A stretch of DNA of 36,401 nucleotides from Phycisphaerales bacterium (GTDB taxonomy: Bacteria; Planctomycetota; Phycisphaerae; Phycisphaerales; SM1A02): the NCBI GenBank assembly GCA_018882625.1, contig VERO01000001.1, positions 1 to 36,401 on the forward strand, read 5' to 3'. Within the stretch, counting starts at the first letter, position 1, and every line of letters starts with the position of its first letter. The position numbers were made by a program, and so were the translations under genes. Positions 1 through 9,780 of the stretch are shown here, piece after piece. The notes under the pieces are model-generated. The model ran no database searches. It saw only the letters and a program-made list of their open reading frames with translations, and was not told where the DNA came from.

Positions 1-1
1 G

Positions 2-1885
2 CTAGCCCTGCGCCGGCGCGCCGGGACTGGCCACGCCCACGCACGCATCCTCGCGCTCATGCACGAACTGCTCGAGATAGAGCGCTCGGTACCGTCCCCC
101 GGGGCGCCGCACGAGCTCCGCATGGGGCCCCGACTCCACGATGCGCCCCTGGTCGATCACCAGGATGCGGTCCGCGCGGCGCACCGTGGAGAGCCTGTGC
201 GCGATGACGAGCCCGATGCGGTCGCGGAGCACGATGTCGATCGCAGACTGGATCGCGCGCTCGGTCTCCGAGTCGACCGAGCTCGTGGCCTCATCCATCA
301 CCAGGATGTCCGGATTGGCGAGCACTGCCCGCGCCAGCGACACCAGCTGCCGCTGGCCATGCGACAGCCGCTCGCCGCCCTCGCCGACCTGGAAGTCGAG
401 CCCCTGGGGCAGCGCCTCGATGAAGCGCCACGCACCCGTGCGCATCGCGGCCTCGCGCACCTCATCGCCGGTTGCATCGAGCCGGCCGAAGCGGATGTTC
501 GCGGCGATCGAGTCCGCGAAGAGCCAGGGCACCTGCTGCACCACGCCAAGCCTCGAGTGCAGCCACTCGAGCGACCGTTCGCGGATGTCGATGCCGTCGA
601 GCAGCACGCGCCCGCGAGTCACGTCGTAGAAGCGGCACATCAGGCTCGCGATCGTCGTCTTGCCGCCGCCGGTCGCACCAACGAGCGCGATCGTCTCGCC
701 GCGGCGGATCTCCAGGTCAAGGCCGCACACCACGGGCTGGCCAGGCAGGTACTCGAAGTGCACCTGGTCGAAGCGGACATGCGTGATGCGGTCCGGGCCG
801 CCGTCGGCCGCGCGGCCCGTGGGCGGCCCGCCGGCATCGCGAGCTGAGGCGACCGCGCGCGCCGTCGCGGGCGAGTCGCGGATGTCGGGCACCGTATCCA
901 CCAGCGACTGCACCCGCTCCGCGGCGCCCTGCGCCGACAGGAGGTCTGCGAAGCGCTGCGCCAGGTCCTGCACCGGATATATGAAGAGCAGCGCGTACTG
1001 GCAGAATGCGACAAGCTCGCCGGGCGAGAGGCCCTCCACAGCCGGCGCGCGCCACAGCAGCAGTGCGGCGCCCATCGACGCCAGCGTGGTGATGACGGGC
1101 AGGTAGAGCGCGCCCTGCATCGCATTGCGCAGGCTCCACCGCTCGAGCTCCCCGGCAAGACCCCCGAACTCGCGCTCGGCGCCAGACTCGCGCACCAGCG
1201 ACCGGGTGGTGCGGATCCCCGCGATCGCCTCTCCGTAGTACGCGGTGATCGTCGAGTTCGCACGTCGCGCCCGGCGGCTCGACCCGACCATGATGCGGGT
1301 GAAGATCACGCTGGCCACGATCATCAGCGGCACGACCGAGAGCACCCACAGCGCCAGCGACCAGCGCATCCACAGCATGGCCACGGCCGACGCGATCATC
1401 AGCGCATTGGCCCAGAAGAGGTCCAGCAGCACCCACGGGGCGATGCCCGACACCTTCGAGCAGTCGCTCGTGAGCCGCGCGAGAAGCCAGCCTGTGGGGC
1501 GACGGTCAAACCAGGCGAAGGGCAGCTCCTGGAGCTTCGCGAACGCCTGCTCGCGCAGGTCGAAGGCGAGCCCGGTCGCGAGCCTTCCGGCGAGCGCGAT
1601 GAACACCCACACGCCTGCCCCGAAGGCGATGCAGAGCGCCACCCACAGCCAGGCCATCCACATGAAGCGGGGGGAGATCCCGTGCGCCGCGGCTTCGTCG
1701 ATGAGTGCACCATTGAGCAGCGGGCGCGCGCCCTCGATGATCGCGATCGAGATGCCGCCGGCCACGATGCCGATCGCGGCCGCGCGGCGGCGCAGCGCCA
1801 CGCGCGCGATCGTGGCCCACAGGCGCCAGTCGATGCGGCTCGGGGCCGCGCCCTGATCCTCGTCGAGCAGCGACTCGATGCTCAT
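2..1885 (-). CDS. ABC transporter, fused permease/ATP-binding protein (MdlB/MsbA-type exporter half)
   Basis: The C-terminal half has Walker A GATGGGKTT, ABC signature LSHGQRQ, Walker B ILVMDEATS and IAHRLST. The N-terminal half is a hydrophobic exporter-type transmembrane domain. I chose the ATG at 1885 (MSIESLL) over the in-frame extension to 1987. TAG stop at 2-4. Confidence 0.9.
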   Translation of the reverse strand: MSIESLLDEDQGAAPSRIDWRLWATIARVALRRRAAAIGIVAGGISIAIIEGARPLLNGALIDEAAAHGISPRFMWMAWLWVALCIAFGAGVWVFIALAGRLATGLAFDLREQAFAKLQELPFAWFDRRPTGWLLARLTSDCSKVSGIAPWVLLDLFWANALMIASAVAMLWMRWSLALWVLSVVPLMIVASVIFTRIMVGSSRRARRANSTITAYYGEAIAGIRTTRSLVRESGAEREFGGLAGELERWSLRNAMQGALYLPVITTLASMGAALLLWRAPAVEGLSPGELVAFCQYALLFIYPVQDLAQRFADLLSAQGAAERVQSLVDTVPDIRDSPATARAVASARDAGGPPTGRAADGGPDRITHVRFDQVHFEYLPGQPVVCGLDLEIRRGETIALVGATGGGKTTIASLMCRFYDVTRGRVLLDGIDIRERSLEWLHSRLGVVQQVPWLFADSIAANIRFGRLDATGDEVREAAMRTGAWRFIEALPQGLDFQVGEGGERLSHGQRQLVSLARAVLANPDILVMDEATSSVDSETERAIQSAIDIVLRDRIGLVIAHRLSTVRRADRILVIDQGRIVESGPHAELVRRPGGRYRALYLEQFVHEREDACVGVASPGAPAQG

Positions 1886-1916
1886 GGCCCGACCTCGCGC
1901 TGCCGCAACTGGCCGC

Positions 1917-3731
1917 TCATGCGATCGCCTCCTCGAGCTCGCGCTGCAGGTCGTGCAGGCGCCGGTACAGGCCCGCGCGCGACGCAAGCTCGGCGTGGGT
2001 CCCGCTGTCCGCCACCCGTCCGCGCTCGATCACGATGACCCTGTCCGCCAGCTGAAGCGTCGAGAGCCGGTGCGCCACCACGATCGTCGTGCGCCGGCCT
2101 CGCCGCTCGCGGAGCGCATCGAGAATCCTGCGCTCGGTGTCCGTGTCGACCGCGCTCAGCGAGTCGTCGAGCACCAGCACGGGAGCGTCGATCAGCACGG
2201 TGCGCGCGATCGCGAGCCGCTGCCGCTGGCCGCCGCTGAGCGTGATCCCGCGCTCGCCGACGACTGTCGCATAGCCCGACTCGAAGCGCCGGATGCTGTC
2301 GTGGATCGATGCGGTCTCCGCGGCGGACTCCACATCCTCCCGCGCCGCGCCTGGCCTGGCGACGCGGATGTTCCCGTCGATGGAGCGCGAATAGAGGAAC
2401 GGCTGCTGCAGCACGGCCGCCACCGCGGCGCGCACCGCAGCGCGCGGGATCCGCCCGAGCGGCACGCCATCGACCGTGATGGATCCCGACTCCGGATCGC
2501 GCATCCGCAGCAGCAGGTCAATCAAGGTGCTCTTCCCGGCGCCCGATGGGCCGAGTAGCGCCACCGTCTCGCCCTCGGCGATCGACAGCGTGAGCCCATC
2601 GAGCGCCCACGCCGAAGACGGCGAGTGCCGGAACCTGACGTCGCGGAACTCGATGGCGCCGCGGATCTCCGGCACCAGCGGCTGGGATGGCTCCTCGTCC
2701 TCGGGCGCATTGAGCACCTCCTGCAGCCGCCCGAAGGCGACCGTGGCCTTGCCGAGGTCGGCGATCACGCGGCCCATCAGCCTCACCGGCCAGAGCCACA
2801 GGTTCACCGCGACCAGGAAGAAGCCGAGCTGGCCTGGCGCCATCGTGCCCTCGGACACGCGCCAGAGCCCGATGCCGAACACGAGCCCGAGCTGGCCGAT
2901 GCACAGCACATCGCTCGAGGCCCAGAAGAGCGCGAACGCGCGGAACAGCCGCTCGTCGAGCGTGCGGTGAAGGTCGTTCGCGGCACGAAAGCGCCGTGCC
3001 TCGAAGTCGCCTCGCCCGAAGGCGCGCACGACCCGGATCCCGAAGAGGTTCTCCTGCGCACGCGCCGTGAGCGCGCCCTCGGCCTCGTCCTTGCGGAGGA
3101 ACCGGTTCCGCACGATGCGGAAGAACACGAGGCCGTAGCCGATCACGGCAGGAAGGAGCAGGAGCGACCAGAGCGCCAGCGACACGTCGGTCAGCAGCAT
3201 CAGGGGCACCGCCGCCAGCAGCAGCGCCGTCGCGCGACCGATCTCCGTGACCTGGCCGGACAGGAAGGTGAGCACCGTGTCGACATCGCTCGTGCAGCGC
3301 TGCACGAGGTCGCCAGACGAGTGGCGATCGAAGAAGGACAGCGGCAGCCGCGTCAGGTGCGCGTGCACGCGCTCGCGCAGGCGACGCACCGCACGCTGGC
3401 TGGCGCGCGCCGCAAGCGCGCCCTTCATCCACGTGAGAATGCCGGCGAGAAGCGCGGTGGCCGCCGCGAACGCGGCGATGCGCCACGGCTCCGCAACGAC
3501 TGCCTCGCCGCCGAGCCACGCACGCAGGGCCGCGGCCGGCGGCGAACGGTCCTCGGTGCCGCTCGCGAACGCATCGATTGCCAGCTGCACCGCGAGCGGC
3601 GTCCCGTAGGCAAGCGCGCTCGCGAGCGCGATGCACACCATCGCCACGATGTAGGTGGGCGCCTCAGGACCGAGAACAGCCCACAGGGCGAGCATGCGTG
3701 GGCGGGGTGCATCGGGTGCGGGTGGGCTCAT
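1917..3731 (-). CDS. ABC transporter, fused permease/ATP-binding protein (MdlA-type partner of the downstream gene)
   Basis: Walker A GPSGAGKST, signature LSGGQRQRL, Walker B VLVLDDSLS and VAHRLST, with an N-terminal transmembrane domain. Start ATG at 3731 (MSPPAPD); an alternative ATG lies at 3695. The 982-aa track ORF is upstream read-through typical of high-GC DNA. The gene ends 31 nt before the next ABC gene, a layout typical of heterodimeric exporters. Confidence 0.88.
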   Translation of the reverse strand: MSPPAPDAPRPRMLALWAVLGPEAPTYIVAMVCIALASALAYGTPLAVQLAIDAFASGTEDRSPPAAALRAWLGGEAVVAEPWRIAAFAAATALLAGILTWMKGALAARASQRAVRRLRERVHAHLTRLPLSFFDRHSSGDLVQRCTSDVDTVLTFLSGQVTEIGRATALLLAAVPLMLLTDVSLALWSLLLLPAVIGYGLVFFRIVRNRFLRKDEAEGALTARAQENLFGIRVVRAFGRGDFEARRFRAANDLHRTLDERLFRAFALFWASSDVLCIGQLGLVFGIGLWRVSEGTMAPGQLGFFLVAVNLWLWPVRLMGRVIADLGKATVAFGRLQEVLNAPEDEEPSQPLVPEIRGAIEFRDVRFRHSPSSAWALDGLTLSIAEGETVALLGPSGAGKSTLIDLLLRMRDPESGSITVDGVPLGRIPRAAVRAAVAAVLQQPFLYSRSIDGNIRVARPGAAREDVESAAETASIHDSIRRFESGYATVVGERGITLSGGQRQRLAIARTVLIDAPVLVLDDSLSAVDTDTERRILDALRERRGRRTTIVVAHRLSTLQLADRVIVIERGRVADSGTHAELASRAGLYRRLHDLQRELEEAIA

Positions 3732-3783
3732 GGCGCGCTCGGCGGCGCCCTTGGCCGGCGCCGAACCCGCATACGCTACGCGG

Positions 3784-5169
3784 ATGATGCGTGCGTTCCC
3801 GCCGCGGTCTGGGCTGGTGCCCGCGCTCCTGTCGATGTCATGCCTCGCGCTTGGCGTTGTGACGCCAGCCGTGTCAGCCCAGCAGGCGCCCGTGAAGCGG
3901 GTGTCTCCGGAGGCTCCGCGTCCGCCAAGGTCCGCGCTGGCCAGGGCCACACCGGCGGAGGTCGCCGACTGGATACGGACCATCGTCGGCCGGCCGCTCA
4001 ACCGCGCCGAAGCCGCCGCGCTGCTGCGCGACTGGGGCGTGGACACCGACTCCGATCCCGCGCACCGTGGGGCACTCGATGCGGCGATGGAGGCGTTCAG
4101 GGTGCGATGGGACGCCTTCGCCAGCGCGGAGCTCAGTCCCATGGCGGAGCAGCGGGGCACCTCGCTCGCCGATCTCACCGCGGATCCGGCGCAATCGGCA
4201 TCGTTCATGGTGGATCTCCGCGCCCGTCGCCACGCGCTCGAGGATGCGATGCTCGACGAGTGCGCCCGTGCCTTGCCCGATGCGATGCGCACGAGGGTGG
4301 AGCTCGCGAAGGCTGCACGCGGATCTGAGGTGCCGGGGTGGGCGGCGGGCTCGCTCATGCCCGCAGCCACGGCCACGCCGCTGATGTCCATCGCATGGGA
4401 GGCCGCATACGTTCCGGAGGAGCGCCGTGATGAGGTGCGACGACTCGTGGAGAGTGCGCTCGCGAGCCATGCGCCGCCGCGGGGCAGGCTGATGGATGGG
4501 CTCCTGCGCGCGGCGCTCGAGTCGGACCTGATGGCCGACCGGGTTGCGGTCGAGGTGCAGGGTGCCGCGCGCCAGGTGCAGGAGTCGGGTTCGAAGGTCG
4601 ACGGCAATGCAGTCCTCGCCGTCGCCATGTCGCGCCAGCTCCTTCCGGTCATGTGCGCCGCGGGGGATGTGCAGGCGTCCAATGCCCAGATGCTCGAGTC
4701 GCTCAAGGGCGCGCTGACGCCGAGGGACTTCTCCGCGATGATGCAGGCGTACGCGCGGGCCGCGTCCATACCGCTGTCGCCGCAGCTCGATCCCGATGCG
4801 GCGCTGGCCAACATGCGCGCCGATGGCGGCTTCTCCGGTGCGCAGGTCGAGGCGATCGCGGCCATCGCCGACGCGTGGCGTGCGGACGATGCGGTGATCG
4901 TGATGTCCTACGTGCAGTCGCTGCCCGAGCTCTCGCGCAGCATGTGCGCGTCCCTGGGCGAGCTGCGCTGGAACGATCCTGCCACGCTTGCGGGCCAGTC
5001 CGCCACAGGCGACGGTCCGGCCCGCGTGCAGCAGCGGCAGATGCAGCTGGTGCAGGGTCGCACCGAGCGTGCGACCGCCGCAGTCGCCCTGATGAAGTCG
5101 CAGCTGTCGCCCGAGGAGTGGGATCGCATCAGGCCCACCAAGCCGCTCGCATGGCCATCACCCAAATGA
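3784..5169 (+). CDS. Hypothetical secreted protein, Ala/Arg/Leu-rich, predicted mostly helical
   Basis: The N-terminus MMRAFPPRSGLVPALLSMSCLALGVVTPAVSAQQ looks like a signal peptide. I recognise no catalytic motif. The TGA stop overlaps the ATG of the next gene (ATGA at 5166-5169). The track ORF starts at 3655; I chose the ATG at 3784 on signal-peptide logic. Confidence 0.6.
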   Translation: MMRAFPPRSGLVPALLSMSCLALGVVTPAVSAQQAPVKRVSPEAPRPPRSALARATPAEVADWIRTIVGRPLNRAEAAALLRDWGVDTDSDPAHRGALDAAMEAFRVRWDAFASAELSPMAEQRGTSLADLTADPAQSASFMVDLRARRHALEDAMLDECARALPDAMRTRVELAKAARGSEVPGWAAGSLMPAATATPLMSIAWEAAYVPEERRDEVRRLVESALASHAPPRGRLMDGLLRAALESDLMADRVAVEVQGAARQVQESGSKVDGNAVLAVAMSRQLLPVMCAAGDVQASNAQMLESLKGALTPRDFSAMMQAYARAASIPLSPQLDPDAALANMRADGGFSGAQVEAIAAIADAWRADDAVIVMSYVQSLPELSRSMCASLGELRWNDPATLAGQSATGDGPARVQQRQMQLVQGRTERATAAVALMKSQLSPEEWDRIRPTKPLAWPSPK

Positions 5170-7691
5170 TCCCTCATGCACCCGATCGCCTCAGCGCCCT
5201 TGGAGGATCGCGCACCTCAGCACCGCGCGAACGTGGCATCCGGCTGCATGTCGCATCAGCGGCCCTGATCGTCGCCGCGGTCGCGTCATATGGCCCCGTG
5301 ACCGCTGCGCATGCGTGGCAGGACCAGCGTGCCCCGCCTGCAGATGGGCCGCCTCGACAGAGCCAGCCGGCACGCGCGCCAACGCGAGGCGTCGCTCCGC
5401 TCGAGCCGGCATGGCGCGCAGACCAGCGCGCGATGCTCGCGAGCGTGCACCGCATCGCCGCACCAGGCACCCCGGGGACGCTGGCGCTGTGGTCCCCCGA
5501 CGCGATCCCTCTCGTGCTCGATGGATCCAACCCGCCGTCTGTGGTGGCGGCGGCGTCCCCGATGGGGAAGGGCAGGGTGGTGCTGCTCACGCACAGCTAC
5601 CTCGATGACCGTGTGCTCGCGGCGGACGACACCGCGCGCTTCATCGCCAACTGCATCTGGTGGCTGGCAGGGGCCAAGGATGCCCCGAAGGTCGTGATCG
5701 CGGGGGCGCCATCGCCACGGCGCCTGAAGCCTGCGGGCATCGACGCGAAGTCGCTCGGCAGCGACTGGACATCGCGTCTGGACGATGCGGACGTGCTGCT
5801 GCTGGCCACCGCCAACCTCAGCGACGACGAGATCGCGGCGGTGCGCCGCTTCATCGCGCGCGGAGGAGGCGTGCTCGCCGGCATGTGCCCGTGGGGCACG
5901 GCGCAGGTGAGGCGCGAGCCTGTCGATCGCACGCCCCTTGCTCGGCTCTTCGCGCCAAGCGGCATCGCGTTCACCGACGGGTACGCGCGCACGGACCGAG
6001 GCGGATTCGACGCGTGCACGCTCCCGACCCCCTCCAGTAACGGCGCGCTCGCGTTCGATGCGCTCGAGGATTTCGCGCTCGGACGCGCGGTGCCCCGGGA
6101 CTCGCCGCTCGCTCCGCCCCAGCCGCTGGAGCCCGATGCGCATGCGGGCCACGACCATGGCCCGCCCCGCAAGGTCGACGAGACGCAGACCGCAGTGCAT
6201 GCGGCCACCGAGGTGGTGCGCTGGATCCCGGACTGGAACGAGGTGCCGGAGGCACAGCGCACGATGTCGCGCATCGAGTCGCTCCGCTCCACGCACTCGC
6301 GGGGCATCGTGCCGCGGCCAGAGTCCCCGATCCAGCGGCAGGACGGTCTCGGGCGCGCCCTTGCCGCCGCCGAGATTGCCGCGTTCGCGCGCATGCAGCC
6401 CGCTGCCGCGCGTGCGTATCCAGGCGCGCGCGACTACCCGGGCGAGGTCGCACGCGACACGCCGCGCATCGAGCGCGAGTGTCGCGTTCCGCTCGCGGTG
6501 CCGAGGTGGCACTCCACCGGCCTCTACGCACCGGCCGGCGGGCCGATCCGGATCAGCATCCCCCCGGACGCGTCAGGCGCCGGACTCGCGGTGCGGATTG
6601 GCCCGCATACCGATTCGCTCTGGCACCTCGACTCGTGGCAGCGTGCGCCGGACATCTCCCTGGCGTGGACGCTCGACTCCGCGCAGACCGATGTGGTCAG
6701 CCCGTACGGGGGCCTCGTCTACATCGAGGTTCCCGAGCGCATCGCGATCGAGGCGCGCCGCTCGGGCGAGTCGCCAACGGTGCTCGTCACGATCGCGGGC
6801 GCCGTCGAGGCGCCGTACTTCAAGCTCGGCGTCACGAGCGCAGACGAGTGGCGGTCGCGCATCCGGACTCTCGGCGCGCCGTGGGCCGAGCTCGCCACTG
6901 ACAAGGTCGTACTCACGGTGCCTGCATCCGAAGTGCGCGAGCTCGACGATCCCGCCGCGCTCATGGCCTTCTGGGATTCGCTCATTGACGCGGCAAGCGA
7001 CCTGCGCGGCATCCCGCGCGACCGGCCGTTCCCGCACCGCTATGTCGCCGACGTGCAGATCAGCGCGGGCTACATGCACGCGGGCTACCCGATCATGACG
7101 CATCTCGACGCATCGATCCCGATGACGCGGCTGGACCAGATGCGCAAGGGCCAGTGGGGGCTCTTCCACGAGCTCGGCCACAACCACCAGGACTCGATGT
7201 GGACCTTCGAGGGCACTGGCGAGGTCACCTGCAACCTGTGGTCGATCTACCTGCTCGAGACCTGCTGCGGCACGACGTGGGAACCCGGCAACGAGGGCCA
7301 CGGCAACCGCGAGCGTCGGTGGGCGGAGTACGACGCGGATGGTCGCCCCTTCGGCAAGTGGCAGTCCGATCCGTTCCTGGCGCTGCAGATGTACGAGCAG
7401 GTCAAGAACCGGTTCGGATGGCAGCCGTTCACGGCGGTGTTCCGCGAGTACGACCGGCTGCCGCGCGACCAGAGGCCCAAGGGCACGCAGGAGCAGATCG
7501 ACCAGTGGATGGTGCGGCTCTCTCGCGCGTGCAGCCACAGCCTCGCGCCGTTCTTCGATGCGTGGGGCGTGCCCATCACCGATGGCGCGCGCGCCGAAGT
7601 CAAGGACCTTCCCGTGTGGATGCCTGAGGGACTCACCCCACGCGATGCCTCAGCACCGCCAGCCACGATCGGGCGCCCCCGTCGTGGCTGA
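5166..7691 (+). CDS. Peptidase M60-like (enhancin/TCAF-like) gluzincin with an N-terminal accessory domain
   Basis: The zinc motif HELGHNHQ begins at 7167, followed by FEGTGE, matching the HExxH...E gluzincin pattern. The stretch APYFKLGVTSADEWRSRIRTLGAPWAELATDKVVLTVP resembles the M60-like N-domain seen in TCAF/enhancin-like proteins. A hydrophobic signal-like segment RLHVASAALIVAAVASYGPVTAAHA lies near the start. An alternative ATG is at 5151. The track ORF start at 4653 is read-through. Confidence 0.8.
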   Translation: MIPHAPDRLSALGGSRTSAPRERGIRLHVASAALIVAAVASYGPVTAAHAWQDQRAPPADGPPRQSQPARAPTRGVAPLEPAWRADQRAMLASVHRIAAPGTPGTLALWSPDAIPLVLDGSNPPSVVAAASPMGKGRVVLLTHSYLDDRVLAADDTARFIANCIWWLAGAKDAPKVVIAGAPSPRRLKPAGIDAKSLGSDWTSRLDDADVLLLATANLSDDEIAAVRRFIARGGGVLAGMCPWGTAQVRREPVDRTPLARLFAPSGIAFTDGYARTDRGGFDACTLPTPSSNGALAFDALEDFALGRAVPRDSPLAPPQPLEPDAHAGHDHGPPRKVDETQTAVHAATEVVRWIPDWNEVPEAQRTMSRIESLRSTHSRGIVPRPESPIQRQDGLGRALAAAEIAAFARMQPAAARAYPGARDYPGEVARDTPRIERECRVPLAVPRWHSTGLYAPAGGPIRISIPPDASGAGLAVRIGPHTDSLWHLDSWQRAPDISLAWTLDSAQTDVVSPYGGLVYIEVPERIAIEARRSGESPTVLVTIAGAVEAPYFKLGVTSADEWRSRIRTLGAPWAELATDKVVLTVPASEVRELDDPAALMAFWDSLIDAASDLRGIPRDRPFPHRYVADVQISAGYMHAGYPIMTHLDASIPMTRLDQMRKGQWGLFHELGHNHQDSMWTFEGTGEVTCNLWSIYLLETCCGTTWEPGNEGHGNRERRWAEYDADGRPFGKWQSDPFLALQMYEQVKNRFGWQPFTAVFREYDRLPRDQRPKGTQEQIDQWMVRLSRACSHSLAPFFDAWGVPITDGARAEVKDLPVWMPEGLTPRDASAPPATIGRPRRG

Positions 7692-8448
7692 TGTGCTCGT
7701 AGCGCGCCGGCTGCACGCGCACGAGTGACCACCGCGGACCTAGCGTCCGCTCGATGTCGCGCACGCTCATGCGGCGCGGTCCGCCCGCGCGCGTCTCGTG
7801 CTCCGAGAACACGAGAACCACGATGCGCGCACCGGGTTCGGCTACCGCAGTCACCGACTCGCGGTACCGCTCGCGGTCCGCATCGGAGAAGACATGCAGC
7901 ACCGCGCAGTCGAGCAGCGTTCGGAACGTGCGCCCGCCGGTGCATGCGGGCAGGTCGAGCGCGCTCCCGACTCGGAACTCGGGCGCCATGCGCATCGACG
8001 CATCGCCGGCTGCTGCGCCGGATGCGACCGCACGTGCCGCATTGGCCTTCGCCATCTCGACCGCCTTCGGCACCAGGTCGACTCCCACAACCTCGAGCCC
8101 ACGATGCGCCAGCAGGATCGCGTTCTCGCCGGTGCCGCAGCCGATGTCGAGCACGGGACCCTCGAAGAAGTCGCGTGCGGCGAGCTCCGCGATCGCGCGC
8201 TGCGGCCGACCGATCGCCCACGGCGCGGGCACCTTCGCGCTGGTCCACGCCGGAGCCGGCCGCGCCCCAAGATCACCCGAACCCGCCCGCGCCTGCCCGC
8301 CCGAGTCGCCTCCCACCCGTGCCTGCTCACCGGCGTAGATACGGTGGAAGTTGTCGGGATCGACGCCCTCGGGCCCAGGGTGCGCAGAATGATGTGCCGG
8401 ACCGCAGGAAACCTGGGATTGGGGTGCCGAGGATGTGGTGGGGGCCAT
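7633..8448 (-). CDS. Class I SAM-dependent methyltransferase
   Basis: Motif I VLDIGCGTGENAILLA, followed by VVGVDL and a post-I/II layout. Start ATG at 8448 (MAPTTSS). The 3' end overlaps the convergent M60-like gene by 59 nt. Confidence 0.8.
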   Translation of the reverse strand: MAPTTSSAPQSQVSCGPAHHSAHPGPEGVDPDNFHRIYAGEQARVGGDSGGQARAGSGDLGARPAPAWTSAKVPAPWAIGRPQRAIAELAARDFFEGPVLDIGCGTGENAILLAHRGLEVVGVDLVPKAVEMAKANAARAVASGAAAGDASMRMAPEFRVGSALDLPACTGGRTFRTLLDCAVLHVFSDADRERYRESVTAVAEPGARIVVLVFSEHETRAGGPRRMSVRDIERTLGPRWSLVRVQPARYEHISHDGGARSWLAVLRHRVG

Positions 8449-8534
8449 GGGGTGCCTAGTATCCTCAACTTCCCGACGGCCGTCGCGGGCGCCCGCCCGC
8501 ACGTACCCCGCCGGGCCATCCTGGAGAGCCAACC

Positions 8535-9779
8535 GTGCACCACGTCGACACCCTCACGAGCCCGACCGCCGCCAAGTCCGCCACCAAGAGCTCCGCGGTG
8601 ACCGACGCAGAACGTGCCAAGCTGGTGGCCGACGTCGAGGCCTACTGCCAGGAGATCCGTCCCATCGAGGAGATCTGCTACCTCGAGCACCGCCCGAACC
8701 CCGCGATCGCCGAGCTCGCCAAGAAGCACAACCTGCTTGGCATGGCGATGCCGAAGGAGTACGGCGGCCGCGGCATGGACAGCCTGACCTACGCGCGCGC
8801 GCTCGTGCGCATCAACCGTGAGGGCACCGGCGTCCGCACATTCTTCTCGGGCCACACCTCGATCGGGCAGTACCCGATCCTCAAGTACGGCACTGACGAG
8901 CAGAAGAAGCGCTACCTGCCCAAGTCGTGCACGGGCGGATGCACACTCGCCTTCGGACTCACCGAGCCCGAAGCCGGATCGAACCCGCTCGAGGGCACCT
9001 GCACCTACCGCCGCGAGGGCGGCAAGCTCATCATGAACGGGGTCAAGTACCTCATCTCGAACGGCTCGATCGCGGATGCCGTGATCGTGTTCGCGTTCCC
9101 TGAGGGCTCGACCGGCAAGGACCGCCGCATGAGCGCGATCATCGTCGACACCGCAGGCGACACCTTCGAGAAGGAGGCGCTGCATGCCAAGCCCGGCATG
9201 TACACCTCCGACACCGCGATGTTCCAGATGAACGACCACCCGGTCAATGGCGACAACATGCTCGGCAAGGAAGGCGAGGGCTTCCGCATCGCGATGCACA
9301 CCCTCGTCTCCGGCCGCCTCTCGGTGGCCTCGGGCTGCCTCGGCACGATCGAGGACTGCCTCGACGAGTGCCTGCGCTACGCGCGCGAGCGGCACCAGCA
9401 CGGCAAGCCGATCGGCAAGCACCAGCTCGTGCAGGAGCACATCGCACGCATCGAGTTCATGCGCGCCACCAGCGACGCCATGATCGAGCGCGCCGCGATC
9501 GCCAAGGAGATCTCCGACAACGCGCCTGGCGACGCCGACCTGCTCTCGAAGGCAGACTTCGCGGTGGCCGAGGCCAAGTACTGGGCGAGCAACGCTGCCT
9601 GGGAGGCCGTGGACCGCGCAGTGCAGGTCTTCGGCGGCCGCGGCTGGAGCGAGCTCTACCGTCCCTTCCGTCACCTGCAGGATGTGCGCGTATGCCGCAT
9701 CTACGAGGGCACGGACGAGATCATGAAGCTCAAGATCGCGAGCAAGCTGCTCGGCAAGGGCTTCGAGGCTTTCGCCTGA
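8535..9779 (+). CDS. Acyl-CoA dehydrogenase family protein
   Basis: The full length matches the ACAD pattern: GLTEPEAGSNP, GEGFRIAMHTLVSGRLSVASG, ARERHQHGKPIGKHQLVQ and IYEGTDEIMKLKIA. GTG start at 8535, preceded by GGAGAG at 8524-8529. Confidence 0.92.
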   Translation: MHHVDTLTSPTAAKSATKSSAVTDAERAKLVADVEAYCQEIRPIEEICYLEHRPNPAIAELAKKHNLLGMAMPKEYGGRGMDSLTYARALVRINREGTGVRTFFSGHTSIGQYPILKYGTDEQKKRYLPKSCTGGCTLAFGLTEPEAGSNPLEGTCTYRREGGKLIMNGVKYLISNGSIADAVIVFAFPEGSTGKDRRMSAIIVDTAGDTFEKEALHAKPGMYTSDTAMFQMNDHPVNGDNMLGKEGEGFRIAMHTLVSGRLSVASGCLGTIEDCLDECLRYARERHQHGKPIGKHQLVQEHIARIEFMRATSDAMIERAAIAKEISDNAPGDADLLSKADFAVAEAKYWASNAAWEAVDRAVQVFGGRGWSELYRPFRHLQDVRVCRIYEGTDEIMKLKIASKLLGKGFEAFA

Positions 9780-9780
9780 T

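Noticed and set aside
2-3731. The ABC exporter pair as the type I secretion ABC component for the RTX-containing giant protein.
   Set aside because: The two genes look like a heterodimeric MdlAB/MsbA-type exporter with no adjacent membrane-fusion protein or TolC-like gene. They lie about 28 kb from the RTX gene on the other strand. No C39 peptidase or CLD domain is evident at their N-termini.
3732-4865. The N-terminal extension of the ABC transporter ORF, which gives 982 aa in the track. Similar extensions occur for 4653..5165, 10858..11049, 11829..12212, 16048..17607 and 17530..18384.
   Set aside because: The extensions overlap well-supported genes in other frames or strands and have non-protein-like composition. 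Internal starts give canonical N-termini: signal peptides, a GxGxxG fold close to the start, and stop/start overlaps.
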